DNA from: Narcine bancroftii
Taxonomy: Eukaryota
Reading direction: 5' to 3'
NCBI RefSeq assembly: GCF_036971445.1
Contig: NC_091481.1
Span: 11,718,001-11,782,000, forward strand
Length of the DNA stretch: 64,000 nt
Made by a program: the position numbers and the translations under genes. Below the pieces are notes generated by a model. The model did not search any database. It was not told the DNA's origin and saw nothing but the letters and a program-made list of their open reading frames with translations. Shown here in pieces: positions 38,132 through 51,299 of this stretch (positions are counted from its first letter, which is position 1; each line of letters begins with the position of its first letter).

Positions 38132-38668
38132 TAAGTGGGTTGACAAGCATCAGTGGAAGAAAATGAATGGACATCATTTTGGGTTGGAACCTTTCATTGA
38201 GTTCCTCGAGCAGATTGTGCTATAACTACATGCAGCACAGCTGATCTGAATGGTATTATCAACAATGCATGGCAACACACTGGTGGTGTAATGTATGCTG
38301 TGCCATTGAGAAATCCTACTACAGATAGGAATTCAGTGAATTATACCAAACTAACACTCACTGTGTTAATAAATGGATTCAAACATATCCTAATTAGTCC
38401 ATTTAGTTGTTAAATGTTAGCTTACAGTGGGTCTCAATAATGAGATCAAGGCTATTATGAGCTTGGTAATGTTAAATTGGATAAAATAGCAAGCCTGATT
38501 TTAAACAAAACTATTGCATAAATATTGAATGTAAGGATTCAATTAGCATTGGTCAACTGTGTGAGCCTAGTTATAGCACAATCTGCTCGAGGAACTCAAT
38601 GAAAGGTTCCAACCCAAAATGATGTCCATTCATTTTCTTCCACTGATGCTTGTCAACCCACTTATCGT
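38128..38668. repeat. Perfect 101-bp inverted repeat (arms 38128-38228 and 38568-38668, 339-bp spacer)
   Basis: The arms are exact reverse complements by direct comparison. Confidence 0.95.
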
Positions 38669-40249
38669 GTGAGAGTTTGATGGGTCCAGAATATTTCCAG
38701 CATTCACAAAAGCTAGCTATGTTTTGCATTCTTATTATGCATCATATTTTCTGTAGCTTTTTAAATAAAATAGAATTTCTAATCTTAGACTGTGGTGTAT
38801 TACCAGTCAATGCATTATTGGCCTCACTGGTTTGAGAAGGCCCTTCAAAGGCCGACTGCTGAATGACATGAAAGTCCTTGCATTTGTGTGTCTAGTCTGT
38901 CATCCTGAGAGGCCAGTTGTACCTCCTGTAACGGATCTCAGAAGACAAGTTCTTTTGATGTTTTCCAGGGTTTGGGACACATTTCAATTTTATCTTTGAA
39001 TGTTAAATATTACCGAAGCTGTTGCTCACTATCTTTGAGGTTGGTTGAGGCAAGGAATCTCTGTGGTCGCTGATGGGGTAGTTGTTCCCTGCATTGGTTG
39101 TGTTCCATGGTTCCTTACATCTACTGTAATTTGTAAGTTTGTGCCCATAGCACAGTTGTGGTTTGCCAAAATATTTAATGTGACTTTAAATGCTTTTGTG
39201 GTGGATCTATCATGTTATGTTCATGATTTTCCCCCAACTTATAGAGGAATTATCATGGCAAATAACAAGGGGCAATCACTCATCTCTGCTCCACTGAAGT
39301 GGACTTAAGACTTGGTCAGTGGGAGAGCAGGAGAAATAGAAATGACCACTTTTGCCACTCATGGTTGGAGATCAGTCAAATCTATCTTAGTGTCTTGGGT
39401 GTGGACAGGATGAGGCTGATCTGAGATCCTTTTTGTGGTTGATTTGTCAGTTGAAACCATCACTTTGAGCCCAGACTTTCCAATGCCAGGTAACAATAAA
39501 TAACTGAATAATTGGGTTGTATGTTATTAAATCTGTTGCCTTGTATACATTGAAGTGGAAATATATCAGTGCATTATCTGGAATTATTCCGTGTACATTT
39601 TTTTTACTCGCTGCTTTCAAAGGTCTCCTCATAATCATGGTCTCAGTCAACTGTCAATCATTACTGTCTAATTTTCCCTTGAAATATCTTGGGAGGTCTC
39701 TGCAAAGATTTGATATAAATACAACCTGGTGAAATAATTATCTAGTTGGTGTTTATTCAAAATTTTCATTACTTAAAGTAATTTATTATGAATATCTTGA
39801 GGCAGCCAAGGACAAGAAATTACTTGTCTTTCCTCAATTTATTCAACTGTATTTTGAATATTTGTTTTTGCTTACCTGGCAGGCAGATTACAGGCATCAA
39901 TCCTTGGGTTGGGGGGACAAATCTCATTGGTTTTAAATTTGCTTTCATTGTTTTCATTAATCTCAATTTTTGGCCTCCAGCTTTCTTTTACTGGCTCACT
40001 TTGATCTAATGTACCTTAAGAATGATTAAATAGTTGCAGTTTTATGCAATCAGACAGTTAGAAAAAAAACATTTACTTGAGCGTCAGTCTAAAAAAACAT
40101 TCAGCTAGCAGCTTCAATATGCCCATATATAAGCAACAAGGTGTTAGCTACGGAGTGTGAATGAGAAATAACATCGTCTTTTGGGCAGCGAAACTAATCA
40201 CAGAAATTGAGTTAACCTGAGTGGTAATAAAACCAAGGAAGTGAAGAGT

Positions 40250-40975
40250 CATTGAGTCATACAACAAAGGTCAGTCCCTTCAGCCCAACTCAGCCATGCT
40301 GTACAAATTGACATTCTTGTCTAGTCCCTTATGCCTACATTTGATCCATGTTCTTCTCAACCCTTCCTATCCTCATATTTGTCAAAATCTCTTTTGTGCG
40401 CCATAACTATTCCTGCTTCTTTTGCTTCCTCTGGCAGTTTATTCTAGTTAAGGACTACCCTATGGGTGAAAAATTTGCTCCTCAGATTCCCCCTTAAATC
40501 TATCCCCTCTGACCTTAAACCTAACATTTCCTGTTCTAGAATTGTAACCATTAGGAAAAGAACTGTGAGCATTCACTTTATTCTTGACCTTTATGATTAT
40601 ACAAACCTTTTTAAGGTCATCCCTCATCCTCCTATGCTCCAGGAAATTAAGACTCAGCTGATCCAACCTCTCCCTATAACTCAAGCCATCCAGTCATGGT
40701 TATATCCTCGTGGATCTCCTTAACATCCCTTCCAGCTTCCGATAGGTAGGCAATTAGAACTGCAAAGCCTTATACCAACTTTGGAACTCTACCCTGCCCA
40801 CCTTCAGGGAACTGTGCATCTATTCTCCTGGGTCTTGACTGTGCAAGCCCTGCTGTGCTTTGACTTAACAAAGTACCACATCTTGCACTTGTGTCAGTGT
40901 TGAATTCCATTTGCCACACCTTGGCCCACCTTCCTAAATGATGTAGATTCTGTTGTAACCTTGTCAAGGACATCA
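40250..40975 (-). mobile_element. CR1 LINE 3' fragment
   Basis: Peptides RLQQNLHHLGRWAKVWQMEFN and SYRERLDQLSLNFLEHRRMRDDL. Confidence 0.8.
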
Positions 40976-41489
40976 CTGGCGAAAAGGTGAAGCTATTGCT
41001 GGAAATGGATGATCAAACTTGTCGAAAATTAGGGCAATATTTGTTGGAGTTCTCATTTGCCATTCTCTCTTCAGAGGTATGACAACAAATCTATGTTCTA
41101 TTTTTGCTGTGACTAAATTGTCATGTGATGAAATATCTCATTTTTTCATTTGAAATTGAATTGAGTACGCCCTTTAGATCAATGTGGGAGGCATAGTATT
41201 GATCCGAATCTCTCACCAAACAAGCTCTCAATAAGTAATCTGTAACTTGATACATTTCACAAAGTAGAATTGCATGAAATGAAACCAGAAACAGTCACAA
41301 CTACTCAGCAGGTCAAGCAGCATCAATGGAAAAAGAAGTATAATTACAATTTCATATTACCTTAAATTAGTTCTGGGATTGATTCTGCATGTTAAATTCT
41401 TCTATATTTGCTCTGAGTTTTATTACTTATGGAGAAGATGGATTCAGTTGACAAAATGTTTTTTTTTGTGGAGATGACTGCAAACCCAT

Positions 41490-42265
41490 TCAGAATCAGA
41501 ATTTTTTGTCATGAATAAGTCAGGAAATTTGTTGTTTTGCAGCAGCGTCAAAGAGCAAATGTTCATATAAATCACCTTATAGCAATAAATAGAAATAGTG
41601 CCCAAAAAGTCCAAATAAGGCAGTGTCTTTGGTTCACTGATTATTCAGGAATCCAATGACAGCAGGGAAGAAGCTGTCCTTGTGGCACGGAGTGCTCATA
41701 TTCAGGCTCCTGTACCTTTTTCCTAGTGGTAGCAAAAAGAAGAAGACATGACCTGGGCAGTGGGAGCTGCTTTCTTCAGACATTCTCTTGTAGATGTCCT
41801 CAATGGAGTGAAGTCTTGTGCACGTGATGTCGCAGGCAGAGTCAACAACCCTTTGAATTTTTTTCTTGTCCTGAGTGTTGGCACTTCTGTACCAGACAGT
41901 GACGCAACCACCCAGAATACACTCCACAGTACACCGTGGCGTTTTTGAGATTCTTCAGTGACATGCCAAATCTCCTCAATCACCTCACAAAGTTTAGCTG
42001 CTGGCGGCGAGCCTTCTTCGTGATTGCATCAACATGGAGGCTCCAGGACAGATCCTCGGAGATGTTGACAACCAGGAATTTGAAGTTCTTGCCCCTCTCC
42101 ACCACTGAGCACCATGTTCTGACTTCTTCCTGAAGTCCTCACTTATATCCTTGCTTTTGCTGATGTTGAGCTCGAGGTTGTCTGTGTGACACCACTCAAC
42201 GAGCTGATCCATCTCCCTCCTATACGCTTCCTCATTGCCGTTTGTGATTCTGCCGACAACATTAG
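41490..42265 (-). mobile_element. Rex1/Babar-like LINE 3' fragment
   Basis: Peptides VVGRITNGNEEAYRREMDQLVEWCHTDNLELNISK, ECILGGCVTVWY, KRYRSL..KDSFFPAVIGFLN. Confidence 0.85.
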
Positions 42266-43319
42266 GCATCAACATTTCAGCGATTGTTTTACCTTGAAAC
42301 TTTGCTTTTAAATATGATTCATTTTGATTCAAAATTTTGCTGTATTGCTGAAATTTCAATAATGATCAAAAACATTAGTGTCTATCCACAGTTTTTGTAT
42401 CCTTTTCTTAAAAAATATTGTTTGTTGATTTTTCTTATTCTTTGTGGATGAAAGAAATTAGGGCAAGGCAAAAGCAGACACCCTGATTCTTTGAGTATCA
42501 GTGAAGCTTTGGATGAGAGTGAAGAGAGGTTGGTGAATAGTGACTGGATTATATTATATAAGAGGAGCTCCATCTTAGACTGTCTCTTTTTGCAAATTTT
42601 CTGTGGAGTAGTCCTAAAGCTTGCTGGGTAAAGGTTGCTGAAGCTGAGCACTGTTAAAGCTGTTGAGATCTAATGTACATGTGTAAATTTGCCAGTTACA
42701 AATTACAATGCAAGCATGGTGTCGATATATTTCCATCTTGCTCAACAATTCTTGTACTTCCATGGCTCAATAAATTTCCTTGTTAATTAGAACCAATTTA
42801 AAATGACATTTGTGATGCAATTGTACTTTTAAACAGTGTGTGAATTATTCGAACAACCTTGGAGAGATTTTATTTCTGGACTGCGCAGAAATGAAGAAAA
42901 ATTGTGTAAGATTTGAAGCCCTGTAGTCCTGGTGAGCACCTAAAACGTCCCTCCAATTTTGGGTCAATTAAGTCTGCCTCAAGAATTCCTCAAGAATGCA
43001 AGAGCTATGTTTTTCAACTGGGGTGTTAATAATGTGAACATCGTCAGTTTCTGAAGGAGAGGAGAAATGCAGGGCCTTGAGTTTGATGGAATCTGCAGTG
43101 ATGTGGGTCCTAGGGTATTACCACTCCTGCATTTGTTGAACCTGCAATTGATGGATACGAACCAATAACTGATGCCGCGATTCCATTTGGAAATTGTGCA
43201 AATCGAGTCCTTTTATTGCTCACTCATTACAATGTGTGCAAAGTCGAGCAGTGTAAAGAGAATTCAAGATTTAAATCCTTAAACTGTCTGAAATTTTCAG
43301 ATTTTATTTGTTTGATGTC

Positions 43320-43570
43320 AAATTTTAATTTTTAAAAATTTAGACATACACCACTGTTACAGGCCAATTCAGCCCCACAAGTCTGTGCTGCCCAATTTAC
43401 ACCCCATTAGCCTACAGTATGTTTTGAAGGGTGGGAGGAAACTGGAGCCCCTGGGGAAGACCCACTTAGACACAGGAAGAATGTGCATACTCTTTACGGA
43501 GAGCGTGGGATTTGAACCCAGTTCCGGTCCAGATTTCTGTGCAGTAAAGGTGTATGCTAACCGTGCTGCA
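43320..43570 (-). mobile_element. HE1-like V-SINE
   Basis: B-box ggttcaaatcc, V-domain and tail. Confidence 0.8.
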
Positions 43571-44094
43571 TTTTTTTACTGCAACAGAAGTGTCAAAGAA
43601 ACAGTAGTTTTGACTAACTTCAAAAAACAAAGGTGACTAACAAAAACATAATGATGCAAATAATGCATTGCATCCTGCTTTCAGAATTCTCTGAATTTAT
43701 TTGTAGCTCATAATAGAATTTGTAGTCTAAGTGCATCTGTCCATTAGTGATTACTCAGTAAAAGATATTTATTAAAAGATCATGGTGTTGATGACATTAA
43801 TATCGAGCCTCATTCCAATGTGCAGCATTCACACAACTTCTCACACTTAACTTCGCACCAGGAAAACAAATCTGTTAATTGACGCAAGTGTTAATGGACT
43901 GCTATGTAGCAGATGTAAAAACAGAAAATAAGGGGAATATTCAGCAAGTCAGGCAGCATCTGTGGTGAGAGTTAATAACCTTGCAAAAGAACTGAGCAGA
44001 TATGTTGAAATTTTTATTTAAAGGCCAAGCTTTTTATTTTTTAGAAGTCCTGGTTTTGGTTGAGCAAACTAATCTAAGTCAATGAGGCATGGCA

Positions 44095-44705
44095 AGGCAC
44101 CTTAAACCCATGGTTTGCAAACCTCCTCTACATTGGAGGGACTGGGTGCAAACTGGGAGATGGCTTTGTTGAGCACCTCGGCTATGTCTGCTGCAATAGT
44201 TTGGATCTCCCAGTGGCCACCCATTCCCTTGCTGACATGTCTGTCCATGGTCCCAGATTGAGACCTCTCGCAAATTGGAGAAACAACTAAATTAAAAAAA
44301 AATGTAAAACAGCTCATCTTCTGACTGGGCACCCTCCAACTGGATGGCATCAGTATCAACTTCTCTGGCTTTCGTTAAATCCCCTCCCCAACCCCAATTC
44401 TCCCCTCGTCGCCTACCCTCAACTTTGTCTCTCTCTTCTGTCTCCTTTCACACAAACATGATAAATTCTTACCTCATCCCTTATCATATCCAATTAACAC
44501 CTTTTTTGGTCTGGATTTCTCCCTCCAGCCAGCCTTGTCTGCATCCTGAAACTTTCTAAGATTTCTTGCTTGTGGCTCATTCTTTTTATTCCTTGAAGAA
44601 GAGCTCAGGCCTGAAATATAGGCAATATATCTTTGACTCCTATGGATGTTGAAAAGATGGGCTGAGTTCCTCCACCATTTCAGTGTGGTTTTTTTTACTA
44701 AACCC
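44095..44705 (+). mobile_element. Penelope-like element 3' fragment with a degenerate hammerhead core
   Basis: LLYIGGTGCKLGDGFVEHL..LPVATHS..QLIF*LGTLQLDGISINFS; downstream TTGAAGAAGAGCTCAGGCCTGAAA at 44593-44616. Confidence 0.8.
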
Positions 44706-44799
44706 AGACATTTCCCCTGTCCCGGACAGCCACTGATAGAGGACTTGTCAGCAGCTGCACGAGCTTGAGTCTTAGAGTTTAGAGCTTCAACAAGAACTG

Positions 44800-47060
44800 A
44801 CATTGCTGCAATCTATTGGTAAGGCTGTTCTGTGGGTATCACGTTTTAGGAGATGATATCCCAAATTTTGAATGTGAATTTGGAGAAAATGTGTGACTGC
44901 TGGATAGGTGGTGATGGAAGGAGGGGCGGAAGGACTAACCAAGGCGGTTTATCAGTATTCGATTCTGTGTACTGTTGAATCCAGCCTGAGCCCAGACTAG
45001 AGCAACATGAGCAGCTGATTGATACATAGAGAGAAGAGAAGGGTCAAGAGAACAAGAGTTACAGGGCAGCCACAGAGTGAAGAGAACATAATCTACTTCT
45101 GCAGTCATTGGCATGATGTTCCCCAGGTGCCACATTGATTGGCCAAAGAGCATTTTGGAAGGAATGGGGTTATTGTTTTTGGGCATAAAAAGGGACAAAC
45201 CTTTGCCGGCAGTTTTTGGAGTTAATAAAGAGCACAAGCAGCAGGTGCTCAAAATGTTAATCATTGCATTACTCCGTGTGCCACGTCCCAGTGAGTAAAA
45301 AGAGGATAGTGCGTGATTACAAATGTGGTACAGAAGGGAGGGCCTTAGAATCCTGGGGCATTCAGGCCAATTCTAGGTTAACTTTGTTTCATGAGCCAGA
45401 TGCCAAAGATGGGACCCACATCCTTGATGGTGAGTGTGCAGACGTTGACAGGCAAGGTTTAGAACAGCATAGTGGGGATCAAGAAGTTCAGCAAAGATCC
45501 ATAAGGCAATGTCAAAATTGGAAATGGAAAACAGAAACTTAGTGAGTGAGTTTGAAAAGCAAATAAAGTATCTTAGAAAATGGACTTAAAAGGGTTTGTA
45601 GGATGTAATGATACATGCTTAACTTTCATGAATAAAGCAGATAAACTGAGGGTCCTTTGAGGTGATAACAAAGTTACTAAAGAAATGTGGCTTGGAGATA
45701 CAGGACTTGAAACATAATATTCCTGGTTACGAGGTTTTCAGTTGAGAAGGCAATTTTAAAAAAAGGTAGTGGGTGACAATACTGATTAAAGAAACATTCT
45801 CAGCTCTGAGAAGGGACAATGTGAGTATAAATGCTGGGATCATGATTTTCCTCGGCTGACATGCCTAGAACTGTTGGTTAGGGGAGGAAGTGGGAGAGAA
45901 CGTTCAAAAATAAAGGTTTAACTTTTTAGGCCTTCTTCTTTCTTTGGCTTGGCTTCGCGGACGAAGATTTATGGAGGGGTATGTCCACGTCTGCTGCAGG
46001 CTCGTTGGTGACTGACAAGTCCGACGCGGGACAGGCAGGCACGGTTGCAGCGGTTGCAAGGGAAAATTGGAATGAAAATAGGCCTGGAATGAGAAGAAAA
46101 TTTTATTAACCAAAAGAGAACTGAATCTTTGGAATTCTTTACTCAATAGGGCTGTGGAGGCCCAGTCCTAGAATATTTTGAAGACTGATAGATTTTTGTA
46201 TATTAAGCTCATTGAAAGATATGAAGTTTGCATATGCATGTGGCACTGAGATGAAAGACCAGCTTCAGTAATTTTGAATGGGGGAGCAATAGTCCTGAAA
46301 ATTCCAAGCACTTTTTTTTAATTGTGTAATGAAGTAAGAGGAGAAAGTACTGTTTTGCCTATTAGGACAAAGAAGCTAAACTGTATGGAGGCAGAGGATT
46401 TGAGGAAAGGTTGTGAATGAATATTTAGCAACTCTCTTCACAAATGATGTGCCTGTGCTGCAGTTTAGGTGAACAAATGAGAATGGTCGAATAAGATAAA
46501 TATAATGAAAGAGGAAAAAGGGATTTGTCTGCTTTGAAAATGGACAAAAATTCCGGTGAATTATCCAAAGGTATTCAAAGAAGAAAGAGGGAATTGTAGA
46601 GGATCGATTATATTCTCCTGATCTTCACAGGCTACACAAGTGGTGCCAGATTGGATAGCTGCTGACAACTTGGCCCTTGATTAAAGGGGGAGGAAAGGAT
46701 AAACCAAATAACTGCAGGCCAATTAACTTAACGCTAGTGGTGAACAAAATTATTGGAATTCATTCTCAATGTCAACATAGTCCTTCATTTTGAATGGCAC
46801 AGATTTGTCAGATACAGTCAGTTTGGATTTTGTAAAGGAAGAGTTATATCTGACTAATTATTCTTTTCAAGGAGATCAAAGGAAGGTCGAACACAGCAGT
46901 CACTAAATTAAATATTTTAAGGAGATAAGGTTTAACAAGAGCACTGTGTTTGATGTAGTCTTGTTAGGATTTTTGCAAACCTTTGTCATGGGTCCATATG
47001 AACGCTGGTCAAACCCAAGGGTGCCTCGTTGGGTCCAAAATTGGGCAGGATTTGGAAGCT
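44800..47060 (+). mobile_element. Mosaic of heavily decayed CR1 pieces (ORF1-like, endonuclease start, RT start, 3' end)
   Basis: NKADKLR / MWLG / NIPGYEVF endonuclease-start motifs and NCRPINLTLVVNKI RT-start motif; many indels. Confidence 0.55.
45934..46078 (-). mobile_element. RTE LINE copy 4, extreme 3' fragment (~140 bp)
   Basis: Matches the last codons and 3'UTR of copy 1; 7-bp TSD TAGGCCT (45927-45933, 46079-46085); sits inside a CR1 remnant. Confidence 0.9.
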
Positions 47061-47299
47061 ATTTTGCTTTGGGGTTTTGATTAGAGTTTTTCTGACACAC
47101 TAGTCATGATTTAAAGATTTGATGTAATAACACTAATGCATTTCATTGTATAGTTATTTTCTGCCTTGGTTATGAGATCGCTTTAAGAGGGATTAACACT
47201 TTGAACACTCCTTCTATGGTTGATTTTTTTTTCATTTGGGGATTTGGGTCATTGAAGAGAACCTCTTCACTGAAATGGCATTGCACAGGCCTTTCATCT

Positions 47300-47520
47300 T
47301 GAGTCAGAAACCTTACACTCCTAAAGTCTAAGTGTATAATGCAGACTGACAGTGCAGTACTGAGAAATTGTTATGGTGTTAGAGATGCTGTCTTTCAGGT
47401 TGGGCATTAAACAAAGGCCTCCTTAACACCATGGCATTCTAACATGGTAAATATTCATCCACAGACCAATAATAGATTATATTAATACTCTCTTGAGTGT
47501 TTGTTGGACATTGTTGTAAA
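47300..47520 (+). mobile_element. Deu-domain SINE (SacSINE1/AmnSINE1-like) remnant
   Basis: ctgacagtgcagtactgagaaattg..gagatgctgtctttcaggttgggcattaaacaaaggcc resembles the Deu-domain core. Confidence 0.6.
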
Positions 47521-48229
47521 TCAAATTTGTGAGTTTCGTAGCTTGGAGTAATGGGCTCCAATTCTTTCTATCAAAATTACTTTCTCACATTAATTCTGAA
47601 CAAAAATGTGGCATTTTCCAATTTTGAACAGTCTACTATTTCAGATAACTTTAGTTTATTAGATTTAGGGCTTGTGCAGTGTTCTCATCCATCTGCTTTA
47701 AAACTCTGGTCCTCGAGATCATTAGCAGGTTCATATATATATGTATGTATGTATTTATATGAACATGTGCTGTGTTTATATGCTGACTTTCTTGTCCTGA
47801 AGAAGAATTGGCAAGAATAATTGTTTACATGAAATTTTCCACTGGCTGTAAAAAGAAGTTATTAGAACAGTTGATTTAAATCTTGGTGAAAGGGATTTTT
47901 AATGAACATTTGAAAGGTAAATGGAGAAATCAGACAGGAATTCCAGAGTTTAAGGCGTAGGCAGTTGATAGATGATATTTTGCCTCCCTGTTGCCAGAGT
48001 TAAGGATATTGCTGAGTGACTGCAGAAAATACTGCAGGCAGAAGATGAATGGCCTGAGATCTTAGTTCATAATGATATAAATGCTGCAAGTTGAAAAAAG
48101 GGAATGAAGTTGTCAAATTTTCAAGCAAGAGATCAAAATTCAGGACCTCAAAAGTAGTAATCTACAGATGCTTCCCTGTTCCACCTTGTCAGGTATGAAG
48201 CCACTGAATAAAAAAGGTATGAGGTAAAA

Positions 48230-50880
48230 TGGATAGAGAATGGGCTCAGTAACAGGAAACACCAAGAGTGTAAAGCTGTCTTGCAGAATAGAGTTACCTG
48301 GATTTTAAATGATGAGGAATTATGAGTGTACAATCTCCAATTTTACAAAACTTGGAAGCACACTGACTTTGAAGATAGTTGTTAAATTCTTGGACGTATC
48401 AAAAGGCGAGTGAAATGGGCCACAGGGTGGCAAATGAAATATAGTTCTTGGAAAAATGAAGTATTTCATTATAGTAGAAAGTATAAGATGAGGTAATGCA
48501 AGTTGGATAGCATAATTCTCAAAGGGTATGGAATGCAGGAGGTGGGTTATTATGCTGCTGGACAAAGATGGGTCCACCTGCGGATCAGCGGGTATAGGCC
48601 TTCTACCAGGCCACAGGCATCAATGGCCTCAGGGTTCAATGAAGAGCAGGTCACTGGATACAGGGGTAAACTGCAGGATACAAAAGAGTTGGAGAAATTC
48701 TGCAGTTTAGTGCAGCATTCATGAAAAGCAAAGGGCAGTTGACATTTCAGGCCTGATTCCTTCTCTGTGTGTTATGGAGGCTTGAGCTCAATGTCTGCAG
48801 GCCTCGCTGCTGGACATGTGTGGCCTGCAGGCCTCTAGAACAGGAACAAGGAGTGGTGGCTTTGGCAGTGGGTGCTTCAGAGATGGAGAGATGAGAGATC
48901 CTTGGCCCATCTCTGAAGGGACAGAATTTCTTTATTTAACTCTTTTTCTCCATTTTTATTTTCAAAGATGGCACCAAAGTATGACCTCTTTGCTTGCCTT
49001 TGGTATGTAATCAGAACCTTTTTACTACACCTTGGTACGCAATAATAGCTCAGTAATAATTAGAACAAAGATCCGATGGTATACATGTCTTCTCTTTGGC
49101 TTGGCTTCGCGGACGAAGATTTATGGAGGGGGTAAAAAGTCCACGTCAGCTGCAGGCTCGTTTGTGGCTGACCAGTCCGATGCGGGACAGGCAGACACGA
49201 TTGCAGCGGTTTCAAGGGAAAATTGGTTGGTTGGGGTTGGGTGTTGGGTTTTTCCTCCTTTGCCTTTTGTCAGTGAGGTGGGCTCTGCGGTCTTCTTCAA
49301 AGGAGGCTGCTGCCCGCCAAACTGTGAGGCGCCAAGATGCACGGTTTGAGGCGTTATCAGCCCACTGGCGGTGGTCAATGTGGCAGGCACCAAGAGATTT
49401 CTTTAGGCAGTCCTTGTACCTTTTCTTTGGTGCACCTCTGTCACGGTGGCCAGTGGAGAGCTCGCCATATAATACGATCTTGGGAAGGCGATGGTCCTCC
49501 ATTCTGGAGACGTGACCCATCCAGCGCAGCTGGATCTTCAGCAGCGTGGACTCGATGCTGTCGACCTCTGCCATCTCGAGTACCTCGACGTTAGGGGTGT
49601 GAGCGCTCCAATGGATGTTGAGGATGGAGCGGAGACAACGCTGGTGGAAGCGTTCTAGGAGCCGTAGGTGGTGCCGGTAGAGGACCCATGATTCGGAGCC
49701 GAACAGGAGTGTGGGTATGACAACGGCTCTGTATACGCTTATCTTTGTGAGGTTTTTCAGTTGGTTGTTTTTCCAGACTCTTTTGTGTAGTCTTCCAAAG
49801 GCGCTATTTGCCTTGGCGAGTCTGTTGTCTATCTCATTGTCGATCCTTGCATCTGATGAAATGGTGCAGCCGAGATAGGTAAACTGGTTGACCGTTTTGA
49901 GTTTTGTGTGCCCGATGGAGATGTGGGGGGGCTGGTAGTCATGGTGGGGAGCTGGCTGATGGAGGACCTCAGTTTTCTTCAGGCTGACTTCCAGGCCAAA
50001 CATTTTGGCAGTTTCCGCAAAGCAGGACGTCAAGCGCTGAAGAGCTGGCTCTGAATGGGCAACTAAAGCGGCATCATCTGCAAAGAGTAGTTCACGGACA
50101 AGTTTCTCTTGTGTCTTGGTGTGAGCTTGCAGGCGCCTCAGATTGAAGAGACTGCCATCCGTGCGGTACCGGATGTAAACAGCGTCTTCATTGTTGGGGT
50201 CTTTCATGGCTTGGTTCAGCATCATGCTGAAGAAGATTGAAAAGAGGGTTGGTGCGAGAACACAGCCTTGCTTCACGCCATTGTTAATGGAGAAGGGTTC
50301 AGAGAGCTCATTGCTGTATCTGACCCGACCTTGTTGGTTAGAGTTAGTTAAAAGGTGTGAGAAAGCATAGGAAAGCTAGCCTAAGGCAAAAACAAGGATG
50401 TTATGATGAATCTTGATAAAACGCTTGGTCAGACACAGTTTTTAAGGGTGCCACATTTTAGGAAAAATGTGAATGTTTTGGGAGTTTGCAAAAGAGATTT
50501 GCCAAAATGTTCCCCTGATTGAAGCACTTGAATCTATTGGAGAAGTTGAGTTGTTTATCTTGGAATAGGGGTGGTTGCAAAGAATTCTAATCGTGGAACA
50601 TAGGACAAAGTGAGAGAAAACATTCCCATTAGCAGAGGTGTCAAGAATTAGGGAATGTAGAATGAAAATAATTAGAGGAACCGAGAGCGAATTTGACGAT
50701 TTCTTTTTAATGATGTTGTTGCAGTAACAGTGGAGGTAGATTGAGTTTAAAGAGGAGTCTGTGAATGAAAGAATTTGCAGAACTGTGGGGAAAGGCAAAG
50801 AGATGATCAAGCAGCTGTGTTGTGTTGACAAAGACTTGGCTTGACTCAAAGGGAACATGGCTGCTTCTGTGACGTAACAA
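48230..50880 (+). mobile_element. Old CR1 LINE interrupted by younger inserts (Penelope-end piece, GC-rich repeat, RTE copy 3)
   Basis: KWATGWQMK motif near 48420; CR1 resumes at 50340 with KDVMMNLDKTLVR-like sequence and a 3' region. Confidence 0.55.
49088..50339 (-). mobile_element. RTE LINE copy 3, 5'-truncated, nearly identical to copy 1
   Basis: 354-aa ORF differs from copy 1 at about 5 residues, then a TGC>TGA stop; same 3'UTR; no TSD seen. Confidence 0.95.
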
Positions 50881-51299
50881 TTCTGTAATTTTGCTGCCAG
50901 TGGGGCAGTGAATGAGTAAAAAAAAATACTTGCACATCATGCTGTGGAAGACAGTGGAGATGAGCAATGAATGCCAAATTCCTCAACGCACCTCCAGCTT
51001 TTTAATCACAATTAGGCTTTCTTTGATTTTTACCATCTGTAGGCTTGTATGTTGTATGGCCTCTGATCGGCGAAACTATTGTTTTGTTACACTAACAGAG
51101 GATATGAGAAATACCTGGTCATGAAATAGTTCCATTCTGGTGCAATATCTTTGCTGGGAACTCCTGTTACCTGTCTTCAGCTATTGTTATGTAATTTAAT
51201 GAAACTAACATAATTTTAAATAAAAAGGTTCATGGATTCAACCTTCAAAATTTGCACTATTTCAATTTAATTTTCAACTGAATGATCCGATTGAGCAAA

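Noticed and set aside
43090-43180. PAIDGY peptide resembling the Harbinger GAIDGTH motif
   Set aside because: Too short, with no other transposase motifs or termini.
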